DNA of 64,000 bases, taken from positions 35,269 through 99,268 of the forward strand of contig CAIUMM010000121.1 of assembly GCA_903900265.1 (NCBI GenBank). The letters are read 5' to 3'. The translations under genes and the position numbers were made by a program. Origin of the DNA: an uncultured Pseudomonadota bacterium. GTDB lineage: Bacteria; Myxococcota_A; UBA796; SXON01. A model generated the notes under the pieces. That model searched no databases and was not told the DNA's origin. It worked only from the letters and a program-made list of their open reading frames with translations. This document shows positions 19,372 through 29,178 of the stretch, piece after piece; position 1 is the first letter of the stretch, and every line of letters begins with the position of its first letter.

Positions 19372-20888
19372 TGCACACGTCCCCCGCGGCCGAAGGCGGC
19401 GCTGAAAACCTCGCGCCCATCCATGTCTACAACACGTTGAGCCGGGAGATCGAGCCGCTGCGTACGCAGGTGCCCGGACACATCGGCATCTACGTGTGCG
19501 GCATGACGGTCTACGACTACTGCCACATCGGCCACGCCCGCGCGATGATGGCGTTTGACGTCGTCGCCCGGCACTTGCGCCACCGCGGCTACAAGGTGCG
19601 CTTCGTGCGCAACCACACCGACGTCGACGACAAGATCATCACCCGCGCCCGTGAAAACGGCGAGTCTCCGCTGGACCTCTCCGCGCGCTTCATCCAGGCG
19701 CTCGAAGAGGATCTGTCCGGCATCGGGATCCGCGCGCCGGACTTCGCGCCCAAGGTCAGCGATCACATCGGGGACATCGTCACGTTGATCGGAGAGATCG
19801 TCGCTAAAGGCCACGGCTACCGCGCCGACAACGGCGATGTGTACTTCTCGGTGTTGAGCGATCCCAACTACGGCAAGCTCTCTGGCAAGAAGCTCGATGA
19901 TCTGCGCGCCGGCGAGCGCGTGGCTGTCGACACCGCCAAGCGCCACCCCGGCGACTTTGCGCTGTGGAAGGCCTGGGGCGGCGAGGACACCGAGCCCCAC
20001 TGGCCCAGCCCTTGGGGCGAAGGCCGTCCGGGCTGGCACATCGAATGCTCGGCGATGGCGCGCCACTATCTGGGTGACACCTTCGACATTCACGGCGGCG
20101 GCATCGATCTGGTGTTCCCGCACCACGAAAATGAGATCGCCCAATCCGAGTGCGGCACGGGTCACCCCTACGCCACGCACTGGATGCACAACGGCCACCT
20201 GACGCTCGACAACGAAAAGATGTCGAAGTCCCTCGGGAACATCAAGCGCATCCGGGACATCCTGCGCGAAGTTCCGGGCGAGGCGCTGCGGCTCTTGTAC
20301 CTCGAGTCGCACTACCGCTCGCCGTTGCCGTACAACTCCGAGCGCTTGGGCAGCGCGCTGGTCGCGCTCGATCGCCTGTACTGCGCCAAAGAAGTGGCGT
20401 TCTCAGCGACCGGAGACGCAGAGCCCAAAGCGATGGGCGAGCCCGGACTCGACGCCGCCGACATCGGGCGGGTGTTTGAGCAGCGCTTTCACGCGGCGAT
20501 GGACAACGACTTCAACACCGCCGAAGCGATGGGCATCGTGTTCGACCTCGTCCGCGCCGTGAACCGACTCGGGAATGACCGCAGCACCCGCGCCAAAGGC
20601 GGCAAGATCCTCGCGCCTGCGCGCGCGGCCTTCGCGCTGATGGCCGAAGTGCTGGGCATCGGTACGATGGAGCCGCAGGCGTTCTTCGACGAGGTCAAGA
20701 CCAAGCGCCTGCTCGCACAGGGCCGTTCGGTCGAAGAGATCGAAGCCAAGATCGCCGCTCGTGGCGCCGCGCGCGCCGCCAAGAACTGGGCCGAGGCCGA
20801 TCGCCTGCGCGTCGAGCTCGACGCCGACAACATCGTCGTGATGGACAGCCCCGCAGGGTCGACCTGGCGCATGCGGGTCGGCGAGTAG
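19371..20888 (+). CDS. cysS: cysteine--tRNA ligase
   Basis: Class I synthetase signatures HIGHARA and KMSKSLGN, and the CysRS-typical WPSPWGEGRPGWHIECSAM. Confidence 0.95.
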   Translation: MHTSPAAEGGAENLAPIHVYNTLSREIEPLRTQVPGHIGIYVCGMTVYDYCHIGHARAMMAFDVVARHLRHRGYKVRFVRNHTDVDDKIITRARENGESPLDLSARFIQALEEDLSGIGIRAPDFAPKVSDHIGDIVTLIGEIVAKGHGYRADNGDVYFSVLSDPNYGKLSGKKLDDLRAGERVAVDTAKRHPGDFALWKAWGGEDTEPHWPSPWGEGRPGWHIECSAMARHYLGDTFDIHGGGIDLVFPHHENEIAQSECGTGHPYATHWMHNGHLTLDNEKMSKSLGNIKRIRDILREVPGEALRLLYLESHYRSPLPYNSERLGSALVALDRLYCAKEVAFSATGDAEPKAMGEPGLDAADIGRVFEQRFHAAMDNDFNTAEAMGIVFDLVRAVNRLGNDRSTRAKGGKILAPARAAFALMAEVLGIGTMEPQAFFDEVKTKRLLAQGRSVEEIEAKIAARGAARAAKNWAEADRLRVELDADNIVVMDSPAGSTWRMRVGE

Positions 20889-20902
20889 CAGCGACCCGTC
20901 GG

Positions 20903-22018
20903 CTACCCGCCTGAAAAGCGGGGGATCCGGTGAAACGGGTCCGTCACCCTCAAGGCGTCCGCGGGGGCGACGTTCTGCGCCGCCGCGCTCGTCGCGTCGA
21001 TCCCCAGCGCGCGCAGCGGGGCCGGATCGCGCACGCCGCACACCACGAGGCGGAAGCGACGGAGCAGCAGCGCGAGCACCACCGCGCGCTGCGTGCCGGC
21101 GCCCGTCGGTGCAGGACCGTCCAGCAGCGCGCCCCACGGCGCAGGCATCCCGGCGAGCACCGCCGCGAACGCCTGCTCCCCCGAGCCTTCGCCCAGCCCC
21201 TCGGGGCACGCAGCGTCCAGATACAGCACCGCGCCGGGGTTCAGCGGCGGATCGAAGGACAAGCCCACGTAGGTCGCGGCGCGGCTGGCTTGGTAGAAGT
21301 TCACCGCTTTGGTCTTGGGCACCGTCAGGATCGCCGCGTCGTAGCGCCGAGGCACGTCCTCCCAGCAGTGGATCTGGTCGGCGGCCCGACGCAGCGCCGT
21401 CACCGGCTCGCCGGCCTCCCATCGTCCCGGGCCAAACTGCAGCAGCGTCCAGGAGCAGCGCGCCGCCTCTCCAAGCCTGTCGACGGCTCCCCGAAACGGG
21501 TTTCCATCGAGGCGACCGATCTCGACCCCAGCGGCAATCACACGATCGCGGTGATGCAGCGCGTCCAGCGTCTTGCGCGCGCCACAGCCCACCGCCACCG
21601 CCTTGTGCCCGCCCGAGAACCCCGCGTACTGGTGCGGCTCCACAACGCCGACGCCAAGCACATAGTCGGCCTCAGCGATGTGGCGGGAGACGCCGCCTGG
21701 GATGCCGTCCACCACCGCCGTGTCCACGGTGTCGTCCGGGTCGTGCTGCACGAGCCGAAACGGGCTGGCCGGCAGCTCCTCCGCGCGCATCGCCCGGTGC
21801 AGCCCCAAGCCCACCACCGCGACGACATCGGCGCCCGCCGGCAAAAACGGCGCGATGGCGGTCAGCGCCCCGGGCACATCGACGGGGCGCGTGCCATCGG
21901 GGATCGCGATCGCGACGCGGCCCGGCCCGACCTGCGGCGGGTTTCGCGTCAGCGCTTCAGCGAGCGTAGACAGCGGAGTCTCCAGCCGATCCAGCGCCGG
22001 CAGGTCCCTTTTCTGCAT
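20903..22018 (-). CDS. LarA-like (DUF2088, lactate racemase N-terminal domain) protein
   Basis: VAIAIPDGTRP, VVGLGLHR and VEPHQYAGFSGGHKAVAVGCG resemble LarA-family motifs. The start is uncertain; ATG 22018 overlaps the upstream gene by ~60 bp. Confidence 0.6.
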   Translation of the reverse strand: MQKRDLPALDRLETPLSTLAEALTRNPPQVGPGRVAIAIPDGTRPVDVPGALTAIAPFLPAGADVVAVVGLGLHRAMRAEELPASPFRLVQHDPDDTVDTAVVDGIPGGVSRHIAEADYVLGVGVVEPHQYAGFSGGHKAVAVGCGARKTLDALHHRDRVIAAGVEIGRLDGNPFRGAVDRLGEAARCSWTLLQFGPGRWEAGEPVTALRRAADQIHCWEDVPRRYDAAILTVPKTKAVNFYQASRAATYVGLSFDPPLNPGAVLYLDAACPEGLGEGSGEQAFAAVLAGMPAPWGALLDGPAPTGAGTQRAVVLALLLRRFRLVVCGVRDPAPLRALGIDATSAAAQNVAPADALRVTDPFHRIPRFSGG

Positions 22019-22742
22019 CGTCCCGGCGCGGCGGCATCGCCACGCCATCCACCACCACATCGTAGGTAAACGAGGAGTACCGGTGGCCGTCGACGTACCG
22101 GGCCAGCGCGTTTTCGCCCACCCACCCGAGCCCCTTGCAGTAGTGCTCGGAGATCACCACCGCAGAGCTCTCAAACTCCGAGTAGCATCGCGACTCTAGG
22201 CCATCGTCACAGTAAGAGGTGTCGGCGAGCAGCTGGCATTGCCTACGGCTCCACTTGCCGCGTTTGAAGTGCGCTTGCTCCCAACGCGCGCCGATGACGG
22301 GCTGGGCGGGAACGATCACCTGCGGCGGCGACCACCAGTCCCATTGCCGCGGCGAGACACCGGGGATCGGGCTGGCGGCGTTTCCGAAGCCATCTACGCC
22401 CAGAAAAACCAGCACGCAGTCGACCCGGTCTGCGCCGCTCAGGCCCTTGCCGCCCAGCCGGGACTCGCAGCGCTCCCAAAGACGGCGGTTCTGCTCGAGG
22501 ATCTCGGGCCCGAAGGTCACGCGAAACTTGCCAATATCGACCGGCAACGAATCATACTGCTCCTGCCGGCTGAACCGCGCTTCGTGGAACGGGCCCACCC
22601 ACTCGGACAGCGCGGGCTCGGCGGACGCCGCGCCGTCCTCGGCCCGCGCGAGCGACGAGAGCAACGGCGGCGTGCAACCCAACAGCAGCGGGGTGAGCAA
22701 CAACGGCGAGCACAGCAGCGGAGAGAGAGAGAACGAGCGCAT
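21957..22742 (-). CDS. hypothetical secreted protein / lipoprotein
   Basis: MRSFSLSPLLCSPLLLTPLLLGCTPP signal/lipobox and a Cys-containing mature domain. No recognised family. Confidence 0.55.
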   Translation of the reverse strand: MRSFSLSPLLCSPLLLTPLLLGCTPPLLSSLARAEDGAASAEPALSEWVGPFHEARFSRQEQYDSLPVDIGKFRVTFGPEILEQNRRLWERCESRLGGKGLSGADRVDCVLVFLGVDGFGNAASPIPGVSPRQWDWWSPPQVIVPAQPVIGARWEQAHFKRGKWSRRQCQLLADTSYCDDGLESRCYSEFESSAVVISEHYCKGLGWVGENALARYVDGHRYSSFTYDVVVDGVAMPPRRDDAEKGPAGAGSAGDSAVYAR

Positions 22743-22779
22743 GCCCGTCAGGATAGCCCGCGCGGCGATAGTTTCGCAG

Positions 22780-23910
22780 ATGCCCGGCAACAGCTTCGGA
22801 ACTCATTTTCGCGTGACCACCTTCGGGGAGTCGCACGGCGCGGCGTTGGGCGTGGTGATCGACGGCTGTCCGGCCAACATCGCGCTGGATTTGGACGGGA
22901 TCCGCGCCGATCTTGCGCGCCGCCGACCCGGGCAATCGGCGCTGGTCTCCCCGCGCAAAGAAGCCGACGAATTCGAGATCGTCAGCGGATTTTTCGAAGG
23001 GCGCACCCTCGGAACCCCGCTCACCTTCCTGTTCCGCAACGTCGACGCCGACGATCGCACCTACAGACCCTTGAAGGACGTTTATCGTCCGTCTCACGCG
23101 GAATACACCTACGAGGCGCGCTACGGACACCGGGATTGGCGCGGCGGCGGACGCGCCAGCGCACGCGAGACGATAGGTCGCGTGGCGGCCGGCGCGGTCG
23201 CGCGACAGCTGCTCGAGGAGCTTGGCGTCACCATCGTCGCGTGGGTGTCGGCGGTCGGCGACGTCGAAGCCGCGCATCCTGAGACAGTAGACCGCGACAC
23301 CGTCGACGCCAGCCCGGTGCGCTGTCCCGATCCGAGCGCGGCGGCCCAGATGGAGGCGCTGATCCGCTCGGTGCGCAGCGAAGGCGACACCATCGGCGGC
23401 GTCGTCCGGGCGCGGGCCAACGGGGTCCCCGCGGGCTGGGGCGAGCCGGTTTTCGACAAGATGGACGCGCTTTTGGGGATGGCGATGCTCAGCATCCCCG
23501 CCGCCAAGGGCTTTGAGAGCGGCAGCGGGTTCGCCGGGGCCCGAATGCGCGGCTCGGCCCACAACGACGCCTTCATCAACGTCGCTGCGCCCGGCGAGGA
23601 TCCCCAGATCCGCACCCAGACCAACCACTCCGGCGGCGTTCAGGGCGGCATCTCCAACGGCATGCCGGTCGAGATCGCCGTCGCGTTCAAGCCGGTGGCG
23701 ACGATCTTTCAACCGCAGCAGACCGTAGACCGCAGCGGAGAAGCCGCGACCATTGAGCCCCGCGGCCGGCATGATCCCTGCGTGGTTCCGCGCGCCGTGC
23801 CGATCGTCGAGGCGATGATGGCGCTGGTGCTGATCGATCTGGCCCTGCAGGCGGGCCACGGCCCGGGCGGTCACAGCCCCGGCGGTCACAGAACGTCGCG
23901 AGGCGTCTGA
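22780..23910 (+). CDS. aroC: chorismate synthase
   Basis: MPGNSFGTHFRVTTFGESHGAALGVVIDGCPA, RRRPGQS, GRHDPCVVPRAVPIVEAM. The track ORF start (22219) is over-extended. Confidence 0.95.
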   Translation: MPGNSFGTHFRVTTFGESHGAALGVVIDGCPANIALDLDGIRADLARRRPGQSALVSPRKEADEFEIVSGFFEGRTLGTPLTFLFRNVDADDRTYRPLKDVYRPSHAEYTYEARYGHRDWRGGGRASARETIGRVAAGAVARQLLEELGVTIVAWVSAVGDVEAAHPETVDRDTVDASPVRCPDPSAAAQMEALIRSVRSEGDTIGGVVRARANGVPAGWGEPVFDKMDALLGMAMLSIPAAKGFESGSGFAGARMRGSAHNDAFINVAAPGEDPQIRTQTNHSGGVQGGISNGMPVEIAVAFKPVATIFQPQQTVDRSGEAATIEPRGRHDPCVVPRAVPIVEAMMALVLIDLALQAGHGPGGHSPGGHRTSRGV

Positions 23911-23975
23911 AACCCTCACGCGCGCTTGTGCCGGAGCGAACCCGGCACCATGCTGATGCGTAGGCGAGGTCTTCG

Positions 23976-24632
23976 ATGTTTGAGCTTTACGCGGCGTGGG
24001 GCCAAGGGTGCGTGGCGTGCAGCACGCCCGTCGAGACGCGCCGTCCGGGGCTCGAAGGGCGGCTCTGCCTCGCGTGCCGGCAGCAGCTCCCGACGGCGCT
24101 GACCGAGCTGCGGCGCCTGCCGCCATGGATCGCCGCTGGCTGGTCAGCCGGCGGATACTCGGGTCTGTTAGGCGGCCTGGTTCGCGCTGCCAAATACGGC
24201 GGGCAGGAGGGCGTGCTTGCAGAGGTCGGCGCCTTTCTGGCCGAGCAGGCCGCCCACTATGATTGGCCCCAGGACTTCGACGCGATCGCGCCGGTCCCCG
24301 GGACGGTCGCCCGACGCCTCGCGCGCGGTTTTGACCCGGTGATGGTGCTGGCGCGCCATCTTCCGGGCGCGGTGGGCGCCCCTCTGGACTGCGCGATTTC
24401 GCGACGCGGCGGAGCCCCTCAGGCCGGCCAATCCCACGCGGGACGGCTCGCCAACGTACGCGGCGCGTACACCGCCAAAAAGAGGGTCTCGGGTCACTGG
24501 CTGCTCGTCGACGACGTGCTGACCACCGGCGCCACTGCGAGCGCGTGCGCGCTGGCGCTGCGCGAGGCGGGCGCCGAGTCCGTGTGCTTGCTGGTGCTGG
24601 CCTCGTCCTCAGCGAGCGTACAAACCTTGTGA
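23976..24632 (+). CDS. comF: ComF-family phosphoribosyltransferase-fold protein
   Basis: N-terminal Cys pairs CVAC....C..C and a C-terminal PRPP-binding loop LLVDDVLTTGATA. Confidence 0.8.
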   Translation: MFELYAAWGQGCVACSTPVETRRPGLEGRLCLACRQQLPTALTELRRLPPWIAAGWSAGGYSGLLGGLVRAAKYGGQEGVLAEVGAFLAEQAAHYDWPQDFDAIAPVPGTVARRLARGFDPVMVLARHLPGAVGAPLDCAISRRGGAPQAGQSHAGRLANVRGAYTAKKRVSGHWLLVDDVLTTGATASACALALREAGAESVCLLVLASSSASVQTL

Positions 24633-24738
24633 CACCGTCCGAACCGTCGGCGGTCCCGCGCCCCAAACCCCCGCGAAATCCTCCGGCACCGTTCTTGCTT
24701 TCCCTCCCAACAGCCCACACTTCCCAAAGGAGCCCGCG

Positions 24739-24888
24739 ATGACCACGACCCTCGGCGACCTGATCTCCACCCTGTACGAACAGTTCCTCGCCGAGTACGG
24801 CGACCCGGATCTGGCGAGCGTCGCGACCGCGGCGGTGGTCAACGACCTGCTCACCCGCCCGGGACCCGCAAAGGAAGAGGCCGCCTGA
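24739..24888 (+). CDS. small hypothetical protein (49 aa)
   Basis: Not in the track (<60 aa). ATG preceded by AAAGGAG at 24726-24732. Translation MTTTLGDLISTLYEQFLAEYGDPDLASVATAAVVNDLLTRPGPAKEEAA has protein-like composition. A GGCAAAG/CTTTGCC hairpin follows at 24901-24915. Confidence 0.4.
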   Translation: MTTTLGDLISTLYEQFLAEYGDPDLASVATAAVVNDLLTRPGPAKEEAA

Positions 24889-24969
24889 GGCCTGTCCCAA
24901 GGCAAAGCCTTTGCCGTATCGACACAGGGTGAGTACGCCAGTCCGCGCGACGACGCCGGAATTCCGGCT

Positions 24970-26058
24970 ATGCTCCTACTTGCTGAGGTTCTCGTGATCG
25001 CACTGCTCTCCCTCACCCTCTCGTTGTCGAACTCCAACGCGTTCGCGGCCCCGCCGCCCCCGCCGATCGTGAACGGGTCAGCCACTTCGCTATACCCGCA
25101 AGTTGTCACGTTGTACGCCGCCAACTCGCGCGGTCAAGGCTACAACTTCTGCTCCGGTACGCTCATCGCCCCCAGCTGGGTGGTCACCGCCGCGCACTGC
25201 GTGGTCGCGATGGAAGACGAGCTGCCCGCCGCGGGCATGCCCTACTTCTACGTGGTGGTCGGCTCCGACCTCAACAGCAGCAGCGGCGTACAAGAGACCG
25301 TAGAGCTGGTGAGCTGGGAGGCCAACGCCCGCTATGATGACCGGAACCTGATCAACGACATCGGCATCGTCGAGCTGAAGACCCCGATCACCGACATCGA
25401 CTTCATGGCGGTGAACAAAGACCCGGTGACCAACTCCCAGATCGGCGATGACATCCGCTACATCGGCTGGGGTATCACCACCGACAATGGGCAAGACTCC
25501 TCCAAGAAGCGCACCGCCGACATCCCGATGGACAGCTACGACAACAACCTGATCTACGGCTACGACGAAGCCGATCAGCAGAATGTGTGCTCGGGCGACT
25601 CTGGCGGCGCGGGCCTGCAGATCCTCGGCGGCACCGACTACGAGCTGATGTTGGTGAACAGCTTCGTGTATTCGCCCAACGGCGACTCCACGCCCTGCCA
25701 GGGAGGAGCCACCGGCGGAACCCGCGTGGACAAGCAGATCGCGTGGCTGGAGGGCTTCACCCCGGTGTACTCGCTGAGCGAGATGGGGTCGGCCGACGCG
25801 GACACCGACACCGACGCCGATTCGGACACCGACACGGACAGCGACACCGACACCGACACCGATACGGACACCGACGCGGACACCGACACCGACGCCGATC
25901 CTCCGAGCATCGACGGGGACCCCAAGCGTCCCAACGCGGTGGGTGAGAACTACGAGTCGACCGGCCTGTGCGCGACCGCTTCTGGCAGCACCGGACTGGG
26001 TCTCATGGCAATCGCCGCGGCCTTCGCCGTTCGCCGTCGTCGCGTCAGCGCTGAGTAG
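24970..26058 (+). CDS. secreted trypsin-like (S1) serine protease with Asp-Thr/Ser repeat linker and MYXO-CTERM-type sorting tail
   Basis: IVNG..., catalytic-triad contexts TAAHC, NDIGIVEL and CSGDSGG. The C-terminus GLCATASGSTGLGLMAIAAAFAVRRRR (Cys, hydrophobic helix, Arg cluster) matches the MYXO-CTERM pattern. Confidence 0.85.
   Translation: MLLLAEVLVIALLSLTLSLSNSNAFAAPPPPPIVNGSATSLYPQVVTLYAANSRGQGYNFCSGTLIAPSWVVTAAHCVVAMEDELPAAGMPYFYVVVGSDLNSSSGVQETVELVSWEANARYDDRNLINDIGIVELKTPITDIDFMAVNKDPVTNSQIGDDIRYIGWGITTDNGQDSSKKRTADIPMDSYDNNLIYGYDEADQQNVCSGDSGGAGLQILGGTDYELMLVNSFVYSPNGDSTPCQGGATGGTRVDKQIAWLEGFTPVYSLSEMGSADADTDTDADSDTDTDSDTDTDTDTDTDADTDTDADPPSIDGDPKRPNAVGENYESTGLCATASGSTGLGLMAIAAAFAVRRRRVSAE
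25792..25899 (+). repeat. imperfect 6-bp (GACACC/GACGCC) coding microsatellite encoding (D-T/A/S)n
   Basis: Translates in frame as ADADTDTDADSDTDTDSDTDTDTDTDTDADTDTDAD within the protease gene. Confidence 0.9.
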
Positions 26059-26133
26059 TCCAAACGCCGAGCGGTCGGGGGCGTAGCCGCACCGGGGTGT
26101 GCGAGCGCGCCCACAGGCCCGCGCCGCGCTGAA

Positions 26134-27504
26134 CTACCGATCCGGGTTCGGGGGAGCCGGCGCCGGCATCGGCTTGCCGGAGCGCGCCGCAGCGAGGATG
26201 GTGTTGATCGCGTCCTTGCCGCCGATCACCCGCACCCAGCCATCGCCGACCGCGCCCTTCAGGAAGATCGACGGCGTCCCGTTGATCTGAGCGGCACCGC
26301 CCCCTTCGACGTCGGCCACCACCGCCTGAGCGGTCGCGGGGTCGTGCATGCAGGTCTCAAAAGCCTTCGGGTCCAGTCCGACCTGCTCCACCATGAAGCG
26401 GAGGTCGTCTTTGCCGAGGTACTCTTGGTTCTTGAACATCTGGCCGGAGAGCTCCCAGAAGCGCCCCTGCAAGCGTGCACACTCCGCCGCGGCCGCCGCT
26501 TGGCAGGCGTTCTCGTGGCGCAACCCTTCAACAAACCGGTTGCAGGCTTGGGAGATCGGGTAGTGACGGAAGTAGAGCTTTACATCCTTGTTTTCGACGA
26601 GGATCTCCTCCATCAACGGGAACATCACCGCGCAGTGGGGGCACTGGAAGTCCGCCCACTCGACGAGGGTGAACTTGGCGTTCGGATCCCCCTTCATCGG
26701 CTCGGTGCCGTCCAGCGTGATCTGGCCCGCAGGCTGCTCGTAGAGCGTGGCCAGATCGGGCGGAGCGGCGTCCGCGGTCTTCGAGCCGTCGGAGCCCCCG
26801 GCGACCGGAGCCGCGCTGCCTGACTGGTACACGAGGTTGGCGACGATCACCGCGCCGAGGAAGGTGATCACCGCACCTCCGCCTTCTTCGGAGATCGCCC
26901 GGCCCGGAGTCACACCCTTCGCAGACAAGGTGCTTCCGACGAGCAACAGCACGTTCACGGCCCACGTCGACGTGCAGAAGATGCAGATAGCACCCAGGCT
27001 GTAGCTGGCGTAGGCCAAGTACAGGTCGTAGCCCACCGCGAGCACCGACAAGCCGGCGATCATCCCGGCTGCGGCGCTCTTGCTCTCCCCGCCGCGCAAG
27101 AACTTGAAGGAGAGCCAGCCCACCGCCGCGTAGAAGCCGAGGCCCAGCAGCGCGATGGGGATGCCCGCGACCTCCGCGTAGCGCGAGGTGTTGACCGCGT
27201 CACAATTGATCACGCTTGAGATGTTGCAGATCGAGCTGCCGCCGTGGAGCGCCTCTTGGTGCTGGTGCGCGAGGTACGCGGACATCGCCGCGCCAAAAAT
27301 CGACGCCACGAGCAGCCCCACCGGCCGACGCCAGACCATCGCCGCCACGCACACCAGCACGCCGACGGACACGCCGCCGATCACCACCGCAGGAGGCAAT
27401 TCACCGCTTTCACCGGCAAAAGCTGCGCCTGGGATCAGGGTTGCGAGCGCGACGAGCGCGCACAAAGCACCATAGCGGGCAGTGGTTCGAGAAACCTGCG
27501 TCAT
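26134..27504 (-). CDS. vitamin K epoxide reductase (VKOR) fused to DsbA/thioredoxin-like domain
   Basis: VKOR-type membrane domain with loop Cys pair (CNISSVINC) and helix CIFC. The C-terminal thioredoxin fold has FQCPHC. Confidence 0.8.
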   Translation of the reverse strand: MTQVSRTTARYGALCALVALATLIPGAAFAGESGELPPAVVIGGVSVGVLVCVAAMVWRRPVGLLVASIFGAAMSAYLAHQHQEALHGGSSICNISSVINCDAVNTSRYAEVAGIPIALLGLGFYAAVGWLSFKFLRGGESKSAAAGMIAGLSVLAVGYDLYLAYASYSLGAICIFCTSTWAVNVLLLVGSTLSAKGVTPGRAISEEGGGAVITFLGAVIVANLVYQSGSAAPVAGGSDGSKTADAAPPDLATLYEQPAGQITLDGTEPMKGDPNAKFTLVEWADFQCPHCAVMFPLMEEILVENKDVKLYFRHYPISQACNRFVEGLRHENACQAAAAAECARLQGRFWELSGQMFKNQEYLGKDDLRFMVEQVGLDPKAFETCMHDPATAQAVVADVEGGGAAQINGTPSIFLKGAVGDGWVRVIGGKDAINTILAAARSGKPMPAPAPPNPDR

Positions 27505-27554
27505 TCCAACTCCGGACAGGCTCGGCTAACCCTTTCCGGGCGATACGTCGCCGG

Positions 27555-28067
27555 ATGCGCACCCGCTCTGCCGTCTCCATCGCCATGTTGGCCCTCTCCT
27601 GCGCGGCGTGCTCCACGCACCGCATGGGCCTGATCATCGCCGATCCCCGAGCGAACGCGCCCACCGTCGTGCGCGATCAAGCCGGCGTCGTCACGCGTCT
27701 CGGCACACAGGGTGAAGCAGGGCCGGTGGCCTACCTCAACGGCTGCATCGTCGAGGTCGACGGGCCGATGGTGTTCGGCACCCTTCAGGTTCACGACTGG
27801 CGCGTGCTCGACGCCGGCGACGGCTCGGGCAACTTCGTGGGTTTGCTGCGCACATACGGAGCCCGCATCGTGCTCGATGACCGCAACTCGGGCTCGACGG
27901 TGATCCTCGATGACCTGAGCGCGGCGCCGCTACGGCCCTACGTGGGGCTGAACGTGCTGGTCATCGGCCACCTGACCGCGACCGGGTACGTCGTCCCAGT
28001 CGCGTTCCGCGTGCTCGCCCCGGTCACTCGTAGTACATCCACAGCGGGCCAGGGAACAGCCAAGTGA
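27555..28067 (+). CDS. hypothetical secreted protein / putative lipoprotein
   Basis: MRTRSAVSIAMLALSCAACS signal sequence. The track ORF start (27216) is over-extended. The 3' end overlaps the convergent esterase gene by 44 bp. Confidence 0.5.
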   Translation: MRTRSAVSIAMLALSCAACSTHRMGLIIADPRANAPTVVRDQAGVVTRLGTQGEAGPVAYLNGCIVEVDGPMVFGTLQVHDWRVLDAGDGSGNFVGLLRTYGARIVLDDRNSGSTVILDDLSAAPLRPYVGLNVLVIGHLTATGYVVPVAFRVLAPVTRSTSTAGQGTAK

Positions 28068-29178
28068 GCGCTTCCCGAAGCCGGTCGCGCCAGTTGATCC
28101 AGTTGTGGCCGTCGGGGACCTCGGTGAACCGAACCCCCTGCGCCACGCGCTGAAACACAGGGACAAGGCTGCGATTGTAGTAGATCAGCGACTCAAAGGT
28201 GCCGCAGGACAAATACACCTGCGCGTCGATGGGCGGCGGATTTTCCCGGAGGTTGTTCACGAAGCTGACGATCGGGTCCCACATCGGGCCGCGCGTGTGC
28301 TCGCCGATGTCGGTGAACGCAAAACTGCCGCTTTGAAGCAGCAAGCGGCCCCAGGTGCCCGGGTGCCGGATCGCCGCGTGCAAGGCGCTGACGCCGCCGA
28401 AGCTGGCGCCCATGATGCCCCGAAACTGCGGCCCCTCCAACACCGGCTGCGTCGCGGCCAGATGCGCGAGCAGATCGTGCTTCAGGAAGTCGGCCTGCGC
28501 CGAATTCGCGGCGTACTCCCAATTGCGACGTACGCCCGAGGTAAAGCACACCAACAGCGGCGCCACCTCATGGCGATGGATCAGGTTGTCCAGCAGCGTG
28601 CGCATCTGCGCGTAGTGCAAAAAGTCCGTACCGTCGTGCACGATCAGCAACGGATACTCTTTGCCGGGCCGCGCCTCGGCGGGAACGTAGAGCTGGTATT
28701 CGCGCTCATCGCCCCAGCTCTGACTGTAGAAGCGGTGCGTCTGCATCGTGCCCTGACGCGCACCGGGATCGTGGCGACACCATTCCGGCTCCTCGTAGCT
28801 GCCGGCGGGACACACGGAGTTCGAGCCGAACGGATCAAAGGCCCGCCGCGGGTTGCGCGGATCGTGCATCCAACGGCCGTTGGGCCCGCGCATGACCTCA
28901 AACTTGTACTCGACGCGCGCGCCGCGTGGCAGATCGAGGGGGAGGTAGAAGGCGTCGGTGTTTCCGATGCGCCGGAACTCTTGCCGCGACGGCAAGCCGA
29001 ACACCCAGTGCTGCAAGAACACCGCGTCGGTGGGCTGGCCGTCCCAGTAGAAAAACGTCGCGTTGTCCCCGTCATCCATGAGCGGGAACTCCCAGCGACT
29101 GACAAACTCGTTCAGCAGTCGATTCGCCTCTCGGGGATTGCGCTCGATGCGCGCGGCGAGATCAAGTACGCGCTGCAT
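28024..29178 (-). CDS. esterase-family alpha/beta hydrolase (enterochelin-esterase-like, N-terminal Ig-like domain)
   Basis: N-terminal beta-sandwich segment (ATFFYWDGQ...YLPLDLPRGARVEYKF), then YQLYVPA....KEYPLLIVHDG and the nucleophile elbow GASFGG. Confidence 0.7.
   Translation of the reverse strand: MQRVLDLAARIERNPREANRLLNEFVSRWEFPLMDDGDNATFFYWDGQPTDAVFLQHWVFGLPSRQEFRRIGNTDAFYLPLDLPRGARVEYKFEVMRGPNGRWMHDPRNPRRAFDPFGSNSVCPAGSYEEPEWCRHDPGARQGTMQTHRFYSQSWGDEREYQLYVPAEARPGKEYPLLIVHDGTDFLHYAQMRTLLDNLIHRHEVAPLLVCFTSGVRRNWEYAANSAQADFLKHDLLAHLAATQPVLEGPQFRGIMGASFGGVSALHAAIRHPGTWGRLLLQSGSFAFTDIGEHTRGPMWDPIVSFVNNLRENPPPIDAQVYLSCGTFESLIYYNRSLVPVFQRVAQGVRFTEVPDGHNWINWRDRLREALTWLFPGPLWMYYE

Noticed and set aside
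25792-25899. Regular short repeats (the Asp-Thr microsatellite, the Gly-rich GGC repeats at 58201-58737, the 21-bp repeats in jag) as possible CRISPR arrays.
   Set aside because: The units are 6-21 bp with no unique spacers of 25-40 bp. All are in frame inside well-supported genes, and no cas genes are present.
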